Origin: Eledone cirrhosa
Lineage: Eukaryota
Assembly (NCBI GenBank): GCA_964016885.1
Contig: OZ024764.1
Span: forward strand, 11,718,001 to 11,782,000
Direction: 5' to 3'
Length of the DNA: 64,000 bases
Under the pieces are notes generated by a model. The model had not been told where the DNA came from. It was given only the letters and a program-made list of their open reading frames with translations, and searched no databases. Every line of letters starts with the position of its first letter. Position 1 is the first letter of the stretch. This document shows positions 13,152 to 25,987 of this stretch, in pieces. The position numbers and the translations under genes are program-made.

Positions 13152-14481
13152 TGTGAAAATATTACTGTGAAATATACAATAGTATATATAGAGTAATGTA
13201 AATGTTATGTACGATATTATGTGAGGTAAAGCCTTTACTGTGAAAATACAATAGTATATATAGAGTAATGTAAATGTTATGTGAGATATTATGTGAGGTA
13301 AAGCCTTTACTGTGACAATACAATAGTATATATAGAGTAATGTAAATGTTATAGGAGATATTATGTGAGGTAAAGCCTTTACTGTGAAAATACAATAGTA
13401 TATATAGAGTAATGTAAATGTTATGTGAGATATTATGTGAGGTAAAGCCTTTACTGTGAAAATACAATAGTATATATAGAGTAATGTAAATGTTATGTGA
13501 GGTAAAGCCTTTACTGTGAAAATACAATAGTATATATAGAGTAATGTAAATGTTATGTGAGATATTATGTGAGGTAAAGCCTTTACTGTGAAAATACAAT
13601 AGTATATATAGAGTAATGTAAATGTTATGTGAAATATTATGTGAGGTAAAGCCTTTACTGTGAAAATACAATAGTATATATAGAGTAATGTAAATGTTAT
13701 GTGAGATATTATCTGAGGTAAAGCCTTTACTGTGAAAATACAATAGTATATATAGAGTAATGTAAATGTTATGTGAGATATTATGTGAGGTAAAGCCTTT
13801 ACTGTGAAAATACAATAGTATATATAGAGTAATGTAAATGTTATGTGAGATATTATCTGAGGTAAAGCCTTTACTGGGAAAATACAATAGTATATATAGA
13901 GTAATGTAAATGTTATGTGAGATATTATGTGAGGTAAAGCCTTTACTGTGAAAATACAATAGTATATATAGAGTAATGTAAATGTTATGTGAGATATTAT
14001 CTGAGGTAAAGCCTTTACTGGGAAAATACAATAGTATATATAGAGTAATGTAAATGTTATGTGAGGTATTATGTGAGGTAAAGCCTTTACTGTGAAAATA
14101 CAATAGTATATATAGAGTAATGTAAATGTTATGTGAGATATTATCTGAGGTAAAGCTTTTACTGGGAAAATACAATAGTATATATAGAGTAATGTAAATG
14201 TTATGTGAGATATTATGTGAGGTAAAGCCTTTACTGTGAAAATACAATAGTATATATAGAGTAATGTAAATGTTATGTGAGATATTATCTGAGGTAAAGC
14301 CTTTACTGGGAAAATACAATAGTATATATAGAGTAATGTAAATGTTATGTGAGGTATTATGTGAGGTAAAGCCTTTACTGTGAAAATACAATAGTATATA
14401 TAGAGTAATGTAAATGTTATGTGAGATATTATGTGAGGCAAAGCCTTTACTGTGAAAATACAATAGTATATATAGAGTAAT
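13152..14481. repeat. 72-bp minisatellite (~18 units)
   Basis: Unit GTGAAAATACAATAGTATATATAGAGTAATGTAAATGTTATGTGAGATATTATGTGAGGTAAAGCCTTTACT; 24-aa periodic pseudo-ORFs. Confidence 0.95.
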
Positions 14482-17400
14482 CATCATCATCATCGTTTAA
14501 TGTCCATCTTACACGCTAGCATGGGTTGGACAGGTTTGTCCCACTAGAGGCAAGATTGGTCGGGTGACCATGTCTCCCTCGTACAGAACTGTTTCTGGCA
14601 GGTTTTCTATGGCTGGATGCCCTTTCTAACACCAACCACATTTACAGTGTGGACTGGGAGTCTTTTTTGTAATGTCACCTACACGACCACTTTACAGTGT
14701 GGACTGAGTGCTTTTGTAATGTCACCTACAGGACCACTTTACAGTGTGGACTGGGTGCTTTTTGTTATGTCATCTACACGACCACTTTACAGTGTGGACT
14801 GGGTGCTTTTGTAATGTCACCTACACGACCACTTTACAGTGTAGACTGGGTGCTTTTTGTCATGTCACCTACATGACCATTTTACAGTGTGGACTGGGAG
14901 CTTTTTGTTATGTCATCTACACGACCACTTTACAGTGTGGACTGGGTGCTTTTTGTTATGTCATCTACACGACCACTTTACAGTGTGGACTGGGTGCTTT
15001 TGTAATGTCACCTACACGACCACTTTACAGTGTAGACTGGGTGCTTTTTGTCATGTCACCTACATGACCATTTTACAGTGTGGACTGGGAGCTTTTTACT
15101 GTGTCTCCCACATGACCACGTTACAGTGTGGACTGGTGCTTTTTGTCGTGTTTCCCACACGACCACTTTACAGTGTGGACTGGGTGCTTTTTGTTGTGTC
15201 ATCTACACGACCACTTTACAGTGTGGACTGGGTGCTTTTTGTTATGTCATCTACACGATCACTTTACAGTGTGGACTGGGTGCTTTTTGTTTTATCATCT
15301 ACACGACCACTTTACAGTGTGGACTGGGAGCTTTTTGTCATGTCATCTACACGACACTTTACAGTGTGGACTGGGTGCTTTTTGTTATGTCACCTACACA
15401 ACCACTTTACAGTGTGGACTGGGTGCTTTTTGTTATGTCATCTACACGACCACTTTACAGTGTGGACTGGGAGTCTTTTTGTCATGTCACCTACACGACC
15501 ACTTTACAGTGTGGACTGGGTGCTTTTGTAATGTCACCTACACGACTACTTTACAGTGTGGACTGGGTGCTTTTTGTCATGTCACCTACATGACCATTTT
15601 ACAGTGTGGACTGGGAGCTTTTTACTGTGTCTCCCACATGACCACGTTACAGTGTGGACTGGTGCTTTTTGTCGTGTTTCCCACACGACCACTTTACAGT
15701 GTGGACTGGGTGCTTTTTGTTGTGTCATCTACACGACCACTTTACAGTGTGGACTGGGTGCTTTTTGTTATGTCATCTACACGATCACTTTACAGTGTGG
15801 ACTGGGTGCTTTTTGTTTTATCATCTACACGACCACTTTACAGTGTGGCCTGGGAGCTTTTTGTCATGTCATCTACACGACACTTTACAGTGTGGACTGG
15901 GTGCTTTTTGTTATGTCATCTACACGACACTTTACAGTGTGGACTGGGTGCTTTTTGTTATGTCATCTACACGACACTTTACAGTGTGGACTGGGTGCTT
16001 TTTGTTATGTCACCTACACAACCACTTTACAGTGTGGACTGGGTGCTTTTTGTTATGTCATCTACACGACCACTTTACAGTGTGGACTGGGTGCTTTTTG
16101 TTATGTCATCTACACAACCACTTTACAGTGTGGACTGGGTGCTTTTTGTTATGTCATCTACACGATCACTTTACAGTGTGGACTGGGTGCTTTTTGTTTT
16201 ATCATCTACACGACCACTTTACAGTGTGGACTGGGAGCTTTTTGTTATGTCATCTACACGACACTTTACAGTGTGGACTGGGTGCTTTTTGTTATGTCAT
16301 CTACACGACACTTTACAGTGTGGACTGGGTGCTTTTTGTTATGTCATCTACACGACACTTTACAGTGTGGACTGGGTGCTTTTTGTTATGTCACCTACAC
16401 AACCACTTTACAGTGTGGACTGGGTGCTTTTTGTTATGTCATCTACACAACCACTTTACAGTGTGGACTGGGTGCTTTTTGTTATGTCATCTTCACGACC
16501 ACTTTACAGTGTGGACTGGGTTGTTTTTGTTATGTCACCTACACGACCACTTTACAGTGTGGACTGGGTGCTTTTTGTTATGTCACCTACACGACCACTT
16601 TACAGTGTGGACTGGGTGCTTTTTGTTATGTCATCTTCACGACCACTTTACAGTGTGGACTGGGTGCTTTTTGTTATGTCATCTTCACGACCACTTTACA
16701 GTGTGGACTGGGTTGTTTTTGTTATGTCACCTACACATCCACTTTACAGTGTGGACTGGGTGCTTTTTGTTATGTCACCTACACACGACCACTTTACAGT
16801 GTGGACTGGGTGCGTTTTGTTATGTCATCTACACAACTACTTTACAATGTGGACTGGGACCTTTTTGTTGTGTCATCTACACACGACCACTTTACAGTGT
16901 GGACTGGGTGCTTTTTGTTATGTCACCTGCACGACCACTTTCATTGTGGACTGGGTGCTTTTTGTTTTGTCATCTACACGACCACTTTACAGTGTGGACT
17001 GGGTGCTTTTTGTTATGTCATCTACACAACCACTTTACAATGTGGACTGGGAGCTTTTTGTCGTGTCATCTTCACGACCACTTTACAGTGTGGACTGGGT
17101 TGTTTTTGTTATGTCACCTACACATCCACTTTACAGTGTGGACTGGGTGCTTTTTGTTATGTCACCTACACACGACCACTTTACAGTGTGGACTGGGTGC
17201 GTTTTGTTATGTCATCTACACGACCACTTTACAGTGTGGACTGGGTGCTTTTTGTTATGTCATCTTCACGACCACTTTACAGTGTGGACTGGGTGCTTTT
17301 TGTTATGTCATCTTCACGACCACTTTACAGTGTGGACTGGGTTGTTTTTGTTATGTCACCTACACGACCACTTTACAGTGTGGACTGGGTGCCTTTTGTT

Positions 17401-18250
17401 ATGTCATCTACACATCCACTTTACAGTGTGGACTGGGAGCTTTTTGTTGTGTCATCTACACAACTACTTTACAATGTGGACTGGGAGCTTTTTGTTGTGT
17501 CATCTACACAACTACTTTACAATGTGCACTGGGACCTTTTTGTTGTGTCATCTACACACGACCACTTTACAGTGTGGACTGGGTGCTTTTTGTTATGTCA
17601 CCTGCAAGACCACTTTCATTGTGGACTGGGTGCTTTTTGTTTTGTCATCTACACGACCACTTTACAGTGTGGACTGGGTGCTTTTTGTTATGTCATCTAC
17701 ACAACCACTTTACAATGTGGACTGGGAGCTTTTTGTCGTGTCATCTACACACCTACTTTACAATGTGGACTGGGTGCTTTTTGTTATGTCATCTTCACGA
17801 CCACTTTACAGTGTGGACTGGGTGCTTTTTGTTATGTCATCTTCACGACCACTTTACAGTGTGGACTGGGTTGTTTTTGTTATGTCACCTACACATCCAC
17901 TTTACAGTGTGGACTGGGTGCTTTTTGTTTTGTCATCTACACGACCACTTTACAGTGTGGCCTGGGTGCTTTTTGTTATGTCATCTACACGACCACTTTA
18001 CAGTGTGGACTGGGTGCTTTTTGTTTTGTCATCTACACGACCACTTTACAGTGTGGACTGGGTGCTTTTTGTTATGTCATCTACACAACCACTTTACAGT
18101 GTGGACTGGGAGCTTTTTGTTGTGTCATCTACACAACCACTTTACAATGAACGGAAATGGGAAGATGGAGTAGGATGTGTGGTGTGTGATGGGGTGTACA
18201 TCGGGTTAAGAGGTGTGCCAACTGACTGTAGGTTTAAGTTTGTAATGTAA
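14481..18250 (-). mobile_element. SINE family B copy expanded by a 3.5-kb internal 48-bp array
   Basis: Tail CATCATCGTTTAATGTCC at 14488, body GGCTGGATGCCCTTTCTAACACCAAC, array 14636-18148, and far flank AGAGGTGTGCCAACTGACTGTAGG matching other B copies. Confidence 0.85.
14636..18148. repeat. 48-bp minisatellite (~70 units)
   Basis: Unit CACTTTACAGTGTGGACTGGGTGCTTTTTGTTATGTCATCTACACGAC with 46-50-bp variants. Confidence 0.95.
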
Positions 18251-18519
18251 ATGCTAAAGGGTTTAAACTGTGAGGCAAGAGTCAGGTGGTTTTGTATCAA
18301 TGGCGACAGCGGTGGCGGTGGTGGTGGTGGGGGGGGGGGGTGATTGATGAGGAGGGTTATAGGGGAGCTCCAGCTTAGCCGTGGCTTAATATCTGAAGCC
18401 TGTAATAGAATAAATGGTGTGTTGTGGCAGGGGAATAACTGCTGGAAGTATTGCCAATATCGACAACATTTGATACATCAATGTCATATTGTATTGGTAA
18501 ATTGTTAGAGCTGATTAGA

Positions 18520-18755
18520 ATTGGGGTGGGGTGGGTGGTGGGGACGAGGGTAGAGTGGAGATGGTAGGGTGTTGTAGTGGTGGGGTGGGATGGTAGTAGG
18601 GTGGGGGTATGAGGTGGTGTGATGGGGTGGAGCTGGTGGTGGGGGTAGTGGATGTGGTAGTGGATTTGGTTGGTAGGTTGTTGGGTGGTACTACTACTAC
18701 TACTACTACTACTATTACTATCACCACCACTACCACCACTACTACTACTACTATC

Positions 18756-18786
<31 letters not shown>

Positions 18787-18841
18787 TCACCACCACCACT
18801 ACTACTACTACTACTGTCACCACTACTACTACTACTACTAA

Positions 18842-18886
<45 letters not shown>

Positions 18887-19850
18887 CACCACCACTACTA
18901 CCACAACTGCAATGCCAACACCATCATCAACCCCTACACCACCACTAACTACACCAACACGGATAATACCACCTGTAGCCCCCCCCCTCGAAACCATTCC
19001 CACATCCTCCACTATAACCATACTTTAGCTACACCCCACTTACCATTCCACCACCACACCACCAACACCACCACCATCCTCTGTCCACATAAACAACCAC
19101 CATAACCACACCACCATCTTCCTCTAAACAACACCACCACCACTACCCCACCAACACCACTACCCCACTGCCACACCAACACCACCACCATCACTACCCC
19201 ACTGCCACCCCAACACCAACACTGCCACCACCTCCACACCACCACCATCACTACCCCACTGCCACCACCACCAACATCACTACCCCACTGCTACCACCAC
19301 CACCACACCACCACCAACACCACCACCATCACTACCCCAAACACCACCACCATCACTACCCCACTGCTACCACCAACACTGCCACCACCTCCACACCACC
19401 ACCACCACTACCCCACTACCGCCACCACCACCACACCAACACCATCACTACCCCACTGCTACCCCACTGCCACCACCACACCAACACCACCATCACTACC
19501 CCACTGCTACCACCGCCACCAACACTGCCACCACCTCCACACCACCACTACCCCACTACCACACCCACTACCACCACCACCACCAACACTACCACCACCA
19601 CCACACCACCACTACCCACACCACCACTACACCACCACACCACCACTACCACCACCACTACCACCACATCACCGCCACCACACCACCGCCACCACACCAC
19701 CACACCACCACTACACCACCACACCACCACTACACCACCACACCACCACCACCACCAACACCACCACCAACACTACCACCACACCACCCCTACCTACACC
19801 ACCACCACTACCCACACCACCACACCACCACACCCACCACCCACTCCCCT
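18520..19850. repeat. (GGT)/(ACT)/(ACC) low-complexity DNA
   Basis: Direct inspection. Confidence 0.9.
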
Positions 19851-19995
19851 CAAGGGTCTGGACTCTAATAACATTTTGCATTATCTCGGTAGAAATTTTA
19901 ACGAAATCTTTCTTAATTATATATTTTTAACGAGATTGCTATCTCGTTAATTTTGTAAATTAGTGATTGATACGAACTGCTGAGAGCTGTGAGAA

Positions 19996-21120
19996 TGGTT
20001 GTGTTGGTGGTAGTGGTGGTGGTGGTGGTGGTGGTTGTAGTGGTGGTGGTGGTGGTTGTAGTGGTGGTGGTGGTGGTTGTAGTGGTGGTGGTGGTGGTGG
20101 TGGTTGTAGTGGTGGTGGTGGTGGTTGTAGTGGTGGTGGTGGTGGTTGTAGTGGTGGTGGTGGTGGTGGTGGTGGTTGTAGTGGTGGTGGTGGTGGTGGT
20201 GGTTGTAGTGGTGGTGGTGGTGGTTGTAGTGGTGGTGGTGGTGGTGGTGGTTGTAGTGGTGGTGGTGGTGGTTGTAGTGGTGGTGGTGGTGGTTGTAGTG
20301 GTGGTGGTGGTGGTGGTGGTGGTTGTAGTGGTGGTGGTGGTGGTGGTGGTTGTAGGGGTGGTGGTGGTTGTAGTGGTGGTGGTGGTGGTGGTGGTTGTAG
20401 TGGTGGTGGTGGTGGTGGTGGTGGTTGTAGTGGTGGTGGTGGTGGTGGTGGTGGTTGTAGTGGTGGTGGTGGTGGTTGTAGTGGTGGTGGTGGTGGTGGT
20501 GGTGGTTGTAGTGGTGGTGGTGGTGGTTGTAGTGGTGGTGGTGGTTGTAGTGGTGGTGGTGGTGGTGGTGGTTGTAGTGGTGGTGGTGGTGGTGGTGGTT
20601 GTAGTGGTGGTGGTGGTGGTTGTAGTGGTGGTGGTGGTGGTTGTAGTGGTGGTGGTGGTGGTGGAGGTTGTGGTGCTGGTGGTAGTGGAGGTTGTTGTGG
20701 TGCTGATGATGGTGGTTGTGGTGCTGGTGGTAGTGGAGGTTGTTGTGGTTGTGGTGGTGCTGGTGGTAGTGGAGGTTGTGGTTGTGGTTGTGGTGGTTGT
20801 GGTGGTGCTGGTGGTAGTGGAAGTTGTTGTTGTGGTGGTAGTGGAGGTTGTTGTGGTTGTGGTGCTGGTGATGGTGGTAGTGGAGGTTGTTGTGGTTGTG
20901 GTGGTAGTGGAGGTTGTGGTGGTAGTGGTGCTGGTGATGGTGGTAGTGGAGGTTGTTGTGGTTGTGGTGGTAGTGGAGGTTGTTGTGGTTGTGGTGATGG
21001 TGGTAGTGGAGGTTGTTCTGGTGATGGTGGTAGTGGAGGTTGTTGTGGTTGTGGTGATGGTGATGGTGCTTGTTTTAGTGGTGGTTCTGGTGGTTGTGGT
21101 TGTAGTAGTGATTGGGGTTG
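19996..21120. repeat. (GGT)n microsatellite punctuated by TGTAGT
   Basis: (GGT)4-8 TGT AGT units degenerating towards the 3' end. Confidence 0.9.
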
Positions 21121-21269
21121 TTGCTTCAAATGGGACAACCCGTCTAACCCATGCTAGCTTGGAAAATGGATATTAAACGATGATGATGAAGATGATATAT
21201 ATATGTGTGTGTGTGTGTGTGTATATGTATATATATATATATATGTGCGTGTGTGTGTATATATATATA

Positions 21270-21318
<49 letters not shown>

Positions 21319-21411
21319 ATATGTATATATATATATATGTGTGTATATATATATGTGTGTGTGTATATATATATATATGTGTGTGTGTGTATATATATAT
21401 ATGTGTGTGTG

Positions 21412-21474
<63 letters not shown>

Positions 21475-21569
21475 ATATGTATATATATATATATATGTGT
21501 GTGTGTATATATGTATATATATATATATATGTGTGTGTGTGTATATGTATATATATATATGAGTTTATC

Positions 21570-21750
21570 CCGGGTTCACGGGTGGTAACCTAAGTAAGGT
21601 ACTCAATACTTAGCAGAGTATACATATTTAATATAGAAATGGCTTCTACAGGACTAGAACTGTTTCATTCGGGAGAAATCATCAGGGAACTGGCTTCCTG
21701 ATGATTTCTCCTGAATGAAACAGTTCTAGTCCTGTAGAAGCCATTTATAT
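21570..21750. mobile_element. Penelope-like pLTR remnant forming a ~110-bp palindrome
   Basis: Arms 21637-21687 and 21696-21746 are near-perfect reverse complements; each carries a hammerhead core. Confidence 0.7.
21691..21743 (+). ncRNA. Type I hammerhead ribozyme
   Basis: TGGCTTC-CTGATGA-TTTC(TCCT)GAAT-GAA-ACAG(TTCTAGTC)CTGT-A-GAAGCCA: 7-bp stem I, 4-bp stem III, GUA site after 21736. Confidence 0.75.
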
Positions 21751-21875
21751 ATATATAAATGTGTGTGAATATATGTGTAAATGAAGTAATTCCGTCGGAA
21801 AAGTCCAGGAAAAAAGAGTGCTCTATGTAGGTAACAGAGCTTAATAGTTATGTAATAAACAACATAAGGCAATTA

Positions 21876-21935
21876 TTCCATTTACCAGTGGTTTCTTAAA
21901 AGCAAAAAATTTTGCTTTCAATCATCAGAATGAAA
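21876..21935 (-). ncRNA. Type I hammerhead ribozyme (mirror copy)
   Basis: Exact reverse complement of 21951-22010. Confidence 0.8.
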
Positions 21936-21950
21936 AACAGACCAGGATTT

Positions 21951-22010
21951 TTTCATTCTGATGATTGAAAGCAAAATTTTTTGCTTTTAAGAAACCACTG
22001 GTAAATGGAA
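21951..22010 (+). ncRNA. Type I hammerhead ribozyme
   Basis: TTTCATT-CTGATGA-TTGAAAGCAAA(ATTT)TTTGCTTTTAA-GAA-ACC(ACT)GGT-A-AATGGAA: 7-bp stem I, 11-bp stem II, 3-bp stem III, GUA site after 22003. Confidence 0.8.
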
Positions 22011-22401
22011 TAATTGCCTTATGTTGTTTATTACATAACTATATATATATATATATAAGTGGAAGCTTAGTAAAATCAAAGCTTTGGATGTGGCCAAGCA
22101 AATTCGACCTACAATAGGAATGAGTTAGCAAAGCACTCAATAAGGGTAGGTCCTTAGAGTAATAACATACGTTTAAATAGCTTGACAAATTGAACATTGC
22201 GGTAGGCAAAACCCAACCACACAATACAAAAGCAACAAAATAACTAACAGGTTAAAAGATACACCTGGACAAATCAAACGATATACGTCTAAAGTTTTTC
22301 TATGAATCCGAAATCATTTATCCAACTTAAGTAACACGCAAGCTTGTGGTATTCCATGATCGAACAGAGGATTCATTATATATATATATATATATATATA
22401 C

Positions 22402-22997
22402 ATGGTGGCTGCCAACTCGTTTTCGAGTACGGCCACTACTTTATATCCATGTAGGAGAACCCCTACCGATGCGCTGAACAAGTGTGACTTTTTAGTCCAG
22501 CCAGCGACTTGAAAACTCTGGTACAAACACTACACTTGCGACAATTATTGCCACATAGTGCTGGGCCCATGGTACCATGTGACGACAAGTGCAGAGAGAT
22601 CTCCAGATATAAAGCAATGCCTGTGCTGTGAAGCTTTTATAGTGAGCAAAGGCACTGCACAAAGCCAGTCCCACTCTCTTAACCAAGATGATATTTACCA
22701 AAAAGAATAACAAGTCAACATCATTGGATACCATCAGGGTTGCAGGTGTTATATCAGAGTTTTCCTTCTCCTAGAATTCTGCCTTGACAAAGGCTAAGGG
22801 GTCATCTCTCCCGGTGATTTTGGATGGCCATTGACTCTTAAGAACTCCTTTGCCCTTTGACAGGTTTTGTTTTTAGTCCTGCAGGATGTCAAAAGTCACC
22901 CTCCTCACTAAGAAACCTTGGTGGGGTTGCCTGTTTAGTCGCCAACGACCCGACCATGGGACAGTTTGTACTGGGATACATGTTACCAGTAGCACCA
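22402..22997 (-). mobile_element. Non-autonomous RTE-derived ~600-bp element (family D)
   Basis: Nearly identical to 44568-45072 and 51112-51717; RTE 5'UTR-like CTAGGAGAAGGAAAACTCTGA and RTE-like 3' hairpin CTCGAAAACGAG-TTGGCAGCCACCAT-(AT)n. Confidence 0.75.
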
Positions 22998-23066
22998 TAC
23001 ATACATATATTTATATTTATTTATATATTTATATATATTTATATATATATTTATATATATATTTAT

Positions 23067-23280
23067 ATATTTATTAAAATAACAGATTAAAGTTTAAGCA
23101 AAGAATCGCTGCTTTTACCCTTAATGGGATCTTCTGAAGATCCCGTTAAGGGTGAAAGCAGTGATTCTTTGCTTAAACTTTAATCTGTTATTTTAATAAA
23201 TATTTGCTCTAGGGTTCTTATATATTTGATATATATTTATCCTTATTGAGCCCTCTTTGGATTTTAGTCTTCACATTTAT
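23067..23280 (+). mobile_element. Penelope-like pLTR remnant: 137-bp palindrome with a hammerhead core
   Basis: Palindrome 23067-23203 centred at 23135; CTGAAGA-T-CCC(GTTAA)GGG-T-GAA-AGCA(GTGATTCTT)TGCT-T; AATAAA at 23195. Confidence 0.65.
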
Positions 23281-23316
23281 TATTATTACTATATATATAT
23301 ATTACTATATATATAC

Positions 23317-23795
23317 CCCCCACTGTACCCAGCCACCCAGTCAACATATATTTGCCCACCCAGTCAATATATATTAGCCCACCCAGTTAACATATATTAA
23401 CCCACCCACTGTTACCAGTCACACAGTCAACATCTATTTGCTCACCCAGTGTAGTAGCCACCCAGTCAACATATATTAGCCCACCCAGTGTACCCAGTCA
23501 ACATCTATTTGCCCACCCAGTGTACCCAGTCAACATCTATTTGCCCACCCAGTGTACCCAGTCAACATCTATTTGCCCACCCAGTGTACCCAGCCACCCA
23601 GTCAACATCTATTTGCCCACCCAGTGTAGTAGCCACCCAGTCAACATATATTACCCCATCAACTGTACCCAGTTCTCAGTCAACATATATTAACCCACCC
23701 ACTGTAGTCAGCCACCCAGCCAACATCTATTTGCCCACCCATTGCTGCCAGCCACCCAGTCAACATCTATTAACCCATACAGTGTACCCAGCCAT
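23317..23795. repeat. Degenerate ~25-46-bp minisatellite (CCCACCCAGTCAACATCTATTTG)
   Basis: About 12 imperfect units abutting a SINE-B copy. Confidence 0.8.
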
Positions 23796-24145
23796 CCAGT
23801 CCGAAACAAATGAGGTCGTGTAGGTGTCATGACAAAAAAACACAATACACACTGTAAACGTGGTTGGTATTGGGAAGGGCACCCAGCCGTAGAAAACCCG
23901 CCAGATGTGTAGGTGTCACGACAATAAAACACACAGCCCACGCTGTAATGTGGCCATGTAGGTAACACGGTAAAAACCTCCCAGTCCACACTGTAGACGT
24001 GGTTGGTGTTAGGAAGGGCATCCAGCCGTAGAAACCCGCCAGACAGTCCTATACGAGCTGGACAACCAATCTTGCCTCATGTGGGAAAACTCCCGTCCAA
24101 ACCCATGCTAGCGTGGAAGATGGACGTTAAACGATGATGATGATG
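23790..24145 (+). mobile_element. SINE family B with an internal duplication
   Basis: GGAAGGGCA(C/T)CCAGCCGTAGAAA twice; tail GGACGTTAAACGATGATGATG. Confidence 0.85.
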
Positions 24146-24481
24146 TAATAAATACATATATATATATATATATAGTAGTAAGGATACTATTTATGGTTAT
24201 GTATATACTAAAACCTTTTATAGTTATATATATATTATACCCTAAATAGTGAAAGACAGTAATTTATTAATCTTTGTATGTAAATTACCATGCTATATTA
24301 TTATAATGGATGTCAACCCACTGTGGGTCAATATATACATATGTTTCTGTATGTCTCTTGTGTTGAAAAGGAGGTCAAGTATGTTAAAAATCACTGAATA
24401 ATTGCTCCGAAGACTCCAAACCTCGGTTTGGAAGAAACAATTGTAAGCAGATAAATGATTTAAACAGAACTTTGTTTCATG

Positions 24482-24484
<3 letters not shown>

Positions 24485-24564
<80 letters not shown>

Positions 24565-24935
24565 ATGTTTGTAAACGAGATTGCACTAGCTCAAGTGATG
24601 CCTGGCCCTTTGCGGTCTGTCTGAACCAGGCTCAACTTAGGACAGCTTTCTACACTAAGTTGAATCACGAAACAGCAAAGCTTCTAGTCAGCGCCTGTTC
24701 CTGTGGAACACAGTCTCTCTCTCTCTCTCTTTCTTTCTCTCTCTCTCTCTCTCTCTCTCTCCGCTAGATCCAGTGATGTCTGGTCCTTGCTGGTTCTGTC
24801 TGAACCAATGATAAGGAGGATCAACTTAAGACATAGCTTTCTAGACTAAGTCAACAAAGCTTCTAGTCAGCGCTTGTTCCTGTTGTTCCTGTGGTGTGCA
24901 GCCACTTTAACAACATGGAACACAGTCTCTCTCTC

Positions 24936-24989
<54 letters not shown>

Positions 24990-25203
24990 TCTCTCTCTCT
25001 CTCTTTCACTCAGCTCTACAGAATCTCTCCCCACTAGATCCAGTGATGTCTGGTCCTTGCTGGTTCTGCTTGAACCAATGATAAGGAGGATGAACTTAAG
25101 ACATAGCTTTCTAGACTAAGTCAACAGAGCTTCTAGTCAGTGCCTTTTCCTGTGGAACACAGTCTCTCTCTCTCTCTCTCTCTCTCTGCCTGTTCCTGTG
25201 GAA

Positions 25204-25240
<37 letters not shown>
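24485..25240. repeat. (CT)n tracts alternating with three copies of a ~130-bp unit
   Basis: CTAG..AGTGATG.CTGG.CCTT..GCTTCTAGTCAG..CCTGTGGAACAC at about 24586, 24763 and 25034. Confidence 0.8.
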
Positions 25241-25245
<5 letters not shown>

Positions 25246-25784
25246 TTAAGTATTTCCGTGGAAAAGGTAAAGGAAAGAAGAGTGCTCTATGTATAGTACA
25301 GAGCTATTTAATGACATAATAAACAACACAATATAATTAATCCATTACCAGATATGTATATGTAGATCAGGATTTTACCCTCGTTCAGCAGAGTACACGA
25401 TACTTGGGGTGGTAGAGAGGATTTTGTTGTTGGCTAAAGAAGAAGGCATTTGCCCAAGGGGCCACACCGTGGCACTTAACACAGAATGAAACCAAGCCAA
25501 GTGGTTGCAAAGCTAAGGCATTAACCACTCAGCCATGCTGGCGCCTGGAGATTTCGGAGACATAAATATAGATATCGGACAGATCATGTAAGAAGTGCCA
25601 TCACAATGTAAAAATGTCAGAGATAAATTTTGTTGCTAGTTTTTAAAGAGGCCTTCTTTTCTCTCCATGACAGTGCAAACACACCATCCATCTAGCATGC
25701 CAGGCAACCATCTCTCTAACTTACCATCCAACTAACCACCGAGCCAGCCAGTTAGCATGAAACTCACAATGATGGCAATAAGGT

Positions 25785-25808
25785 GACAAAATATGTGTGT
25801 ATATATAT

Positions 25809-25853
<45 letters not shown>

Positions 25854-25929
25854 TCCACAGTGTAATGTGAAGTTATGTAGGTTCACCCAGGTGAAAATAT
25901 ATATATTTTTATATATATTTGTATGTGTA

Positions 25930-25987
<58 letters not shown>

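Noticed and set aside
13134-14493. 435- and 443-aa ORFs (and 29610-30451)
   Set aside because: Translations of the 72-bp satellite.
4698-18148. CRISPR-like look of the constant-plus-variable arrays at 4698, 7000 and 14636
   Set aside because: The variable parts are related to each other rather than unique spacers; the context is eukaryotic and there are no cas genes.
15128-18250. 1040-, 864- and 839-aa overlapping ORFs
   Set aside because: They follow from a stop-free 48-bp unit inside a SINE; frames switch at indels, so there is no sign of coding constraint.
19967-21157. Gly/Cys-rich 396-aa ORF resembling a structural protein
   Set aside because: (GGT)n microsatellite open in several frames, lacking an ATG start or signal peptide, and ending in a SINE tail.
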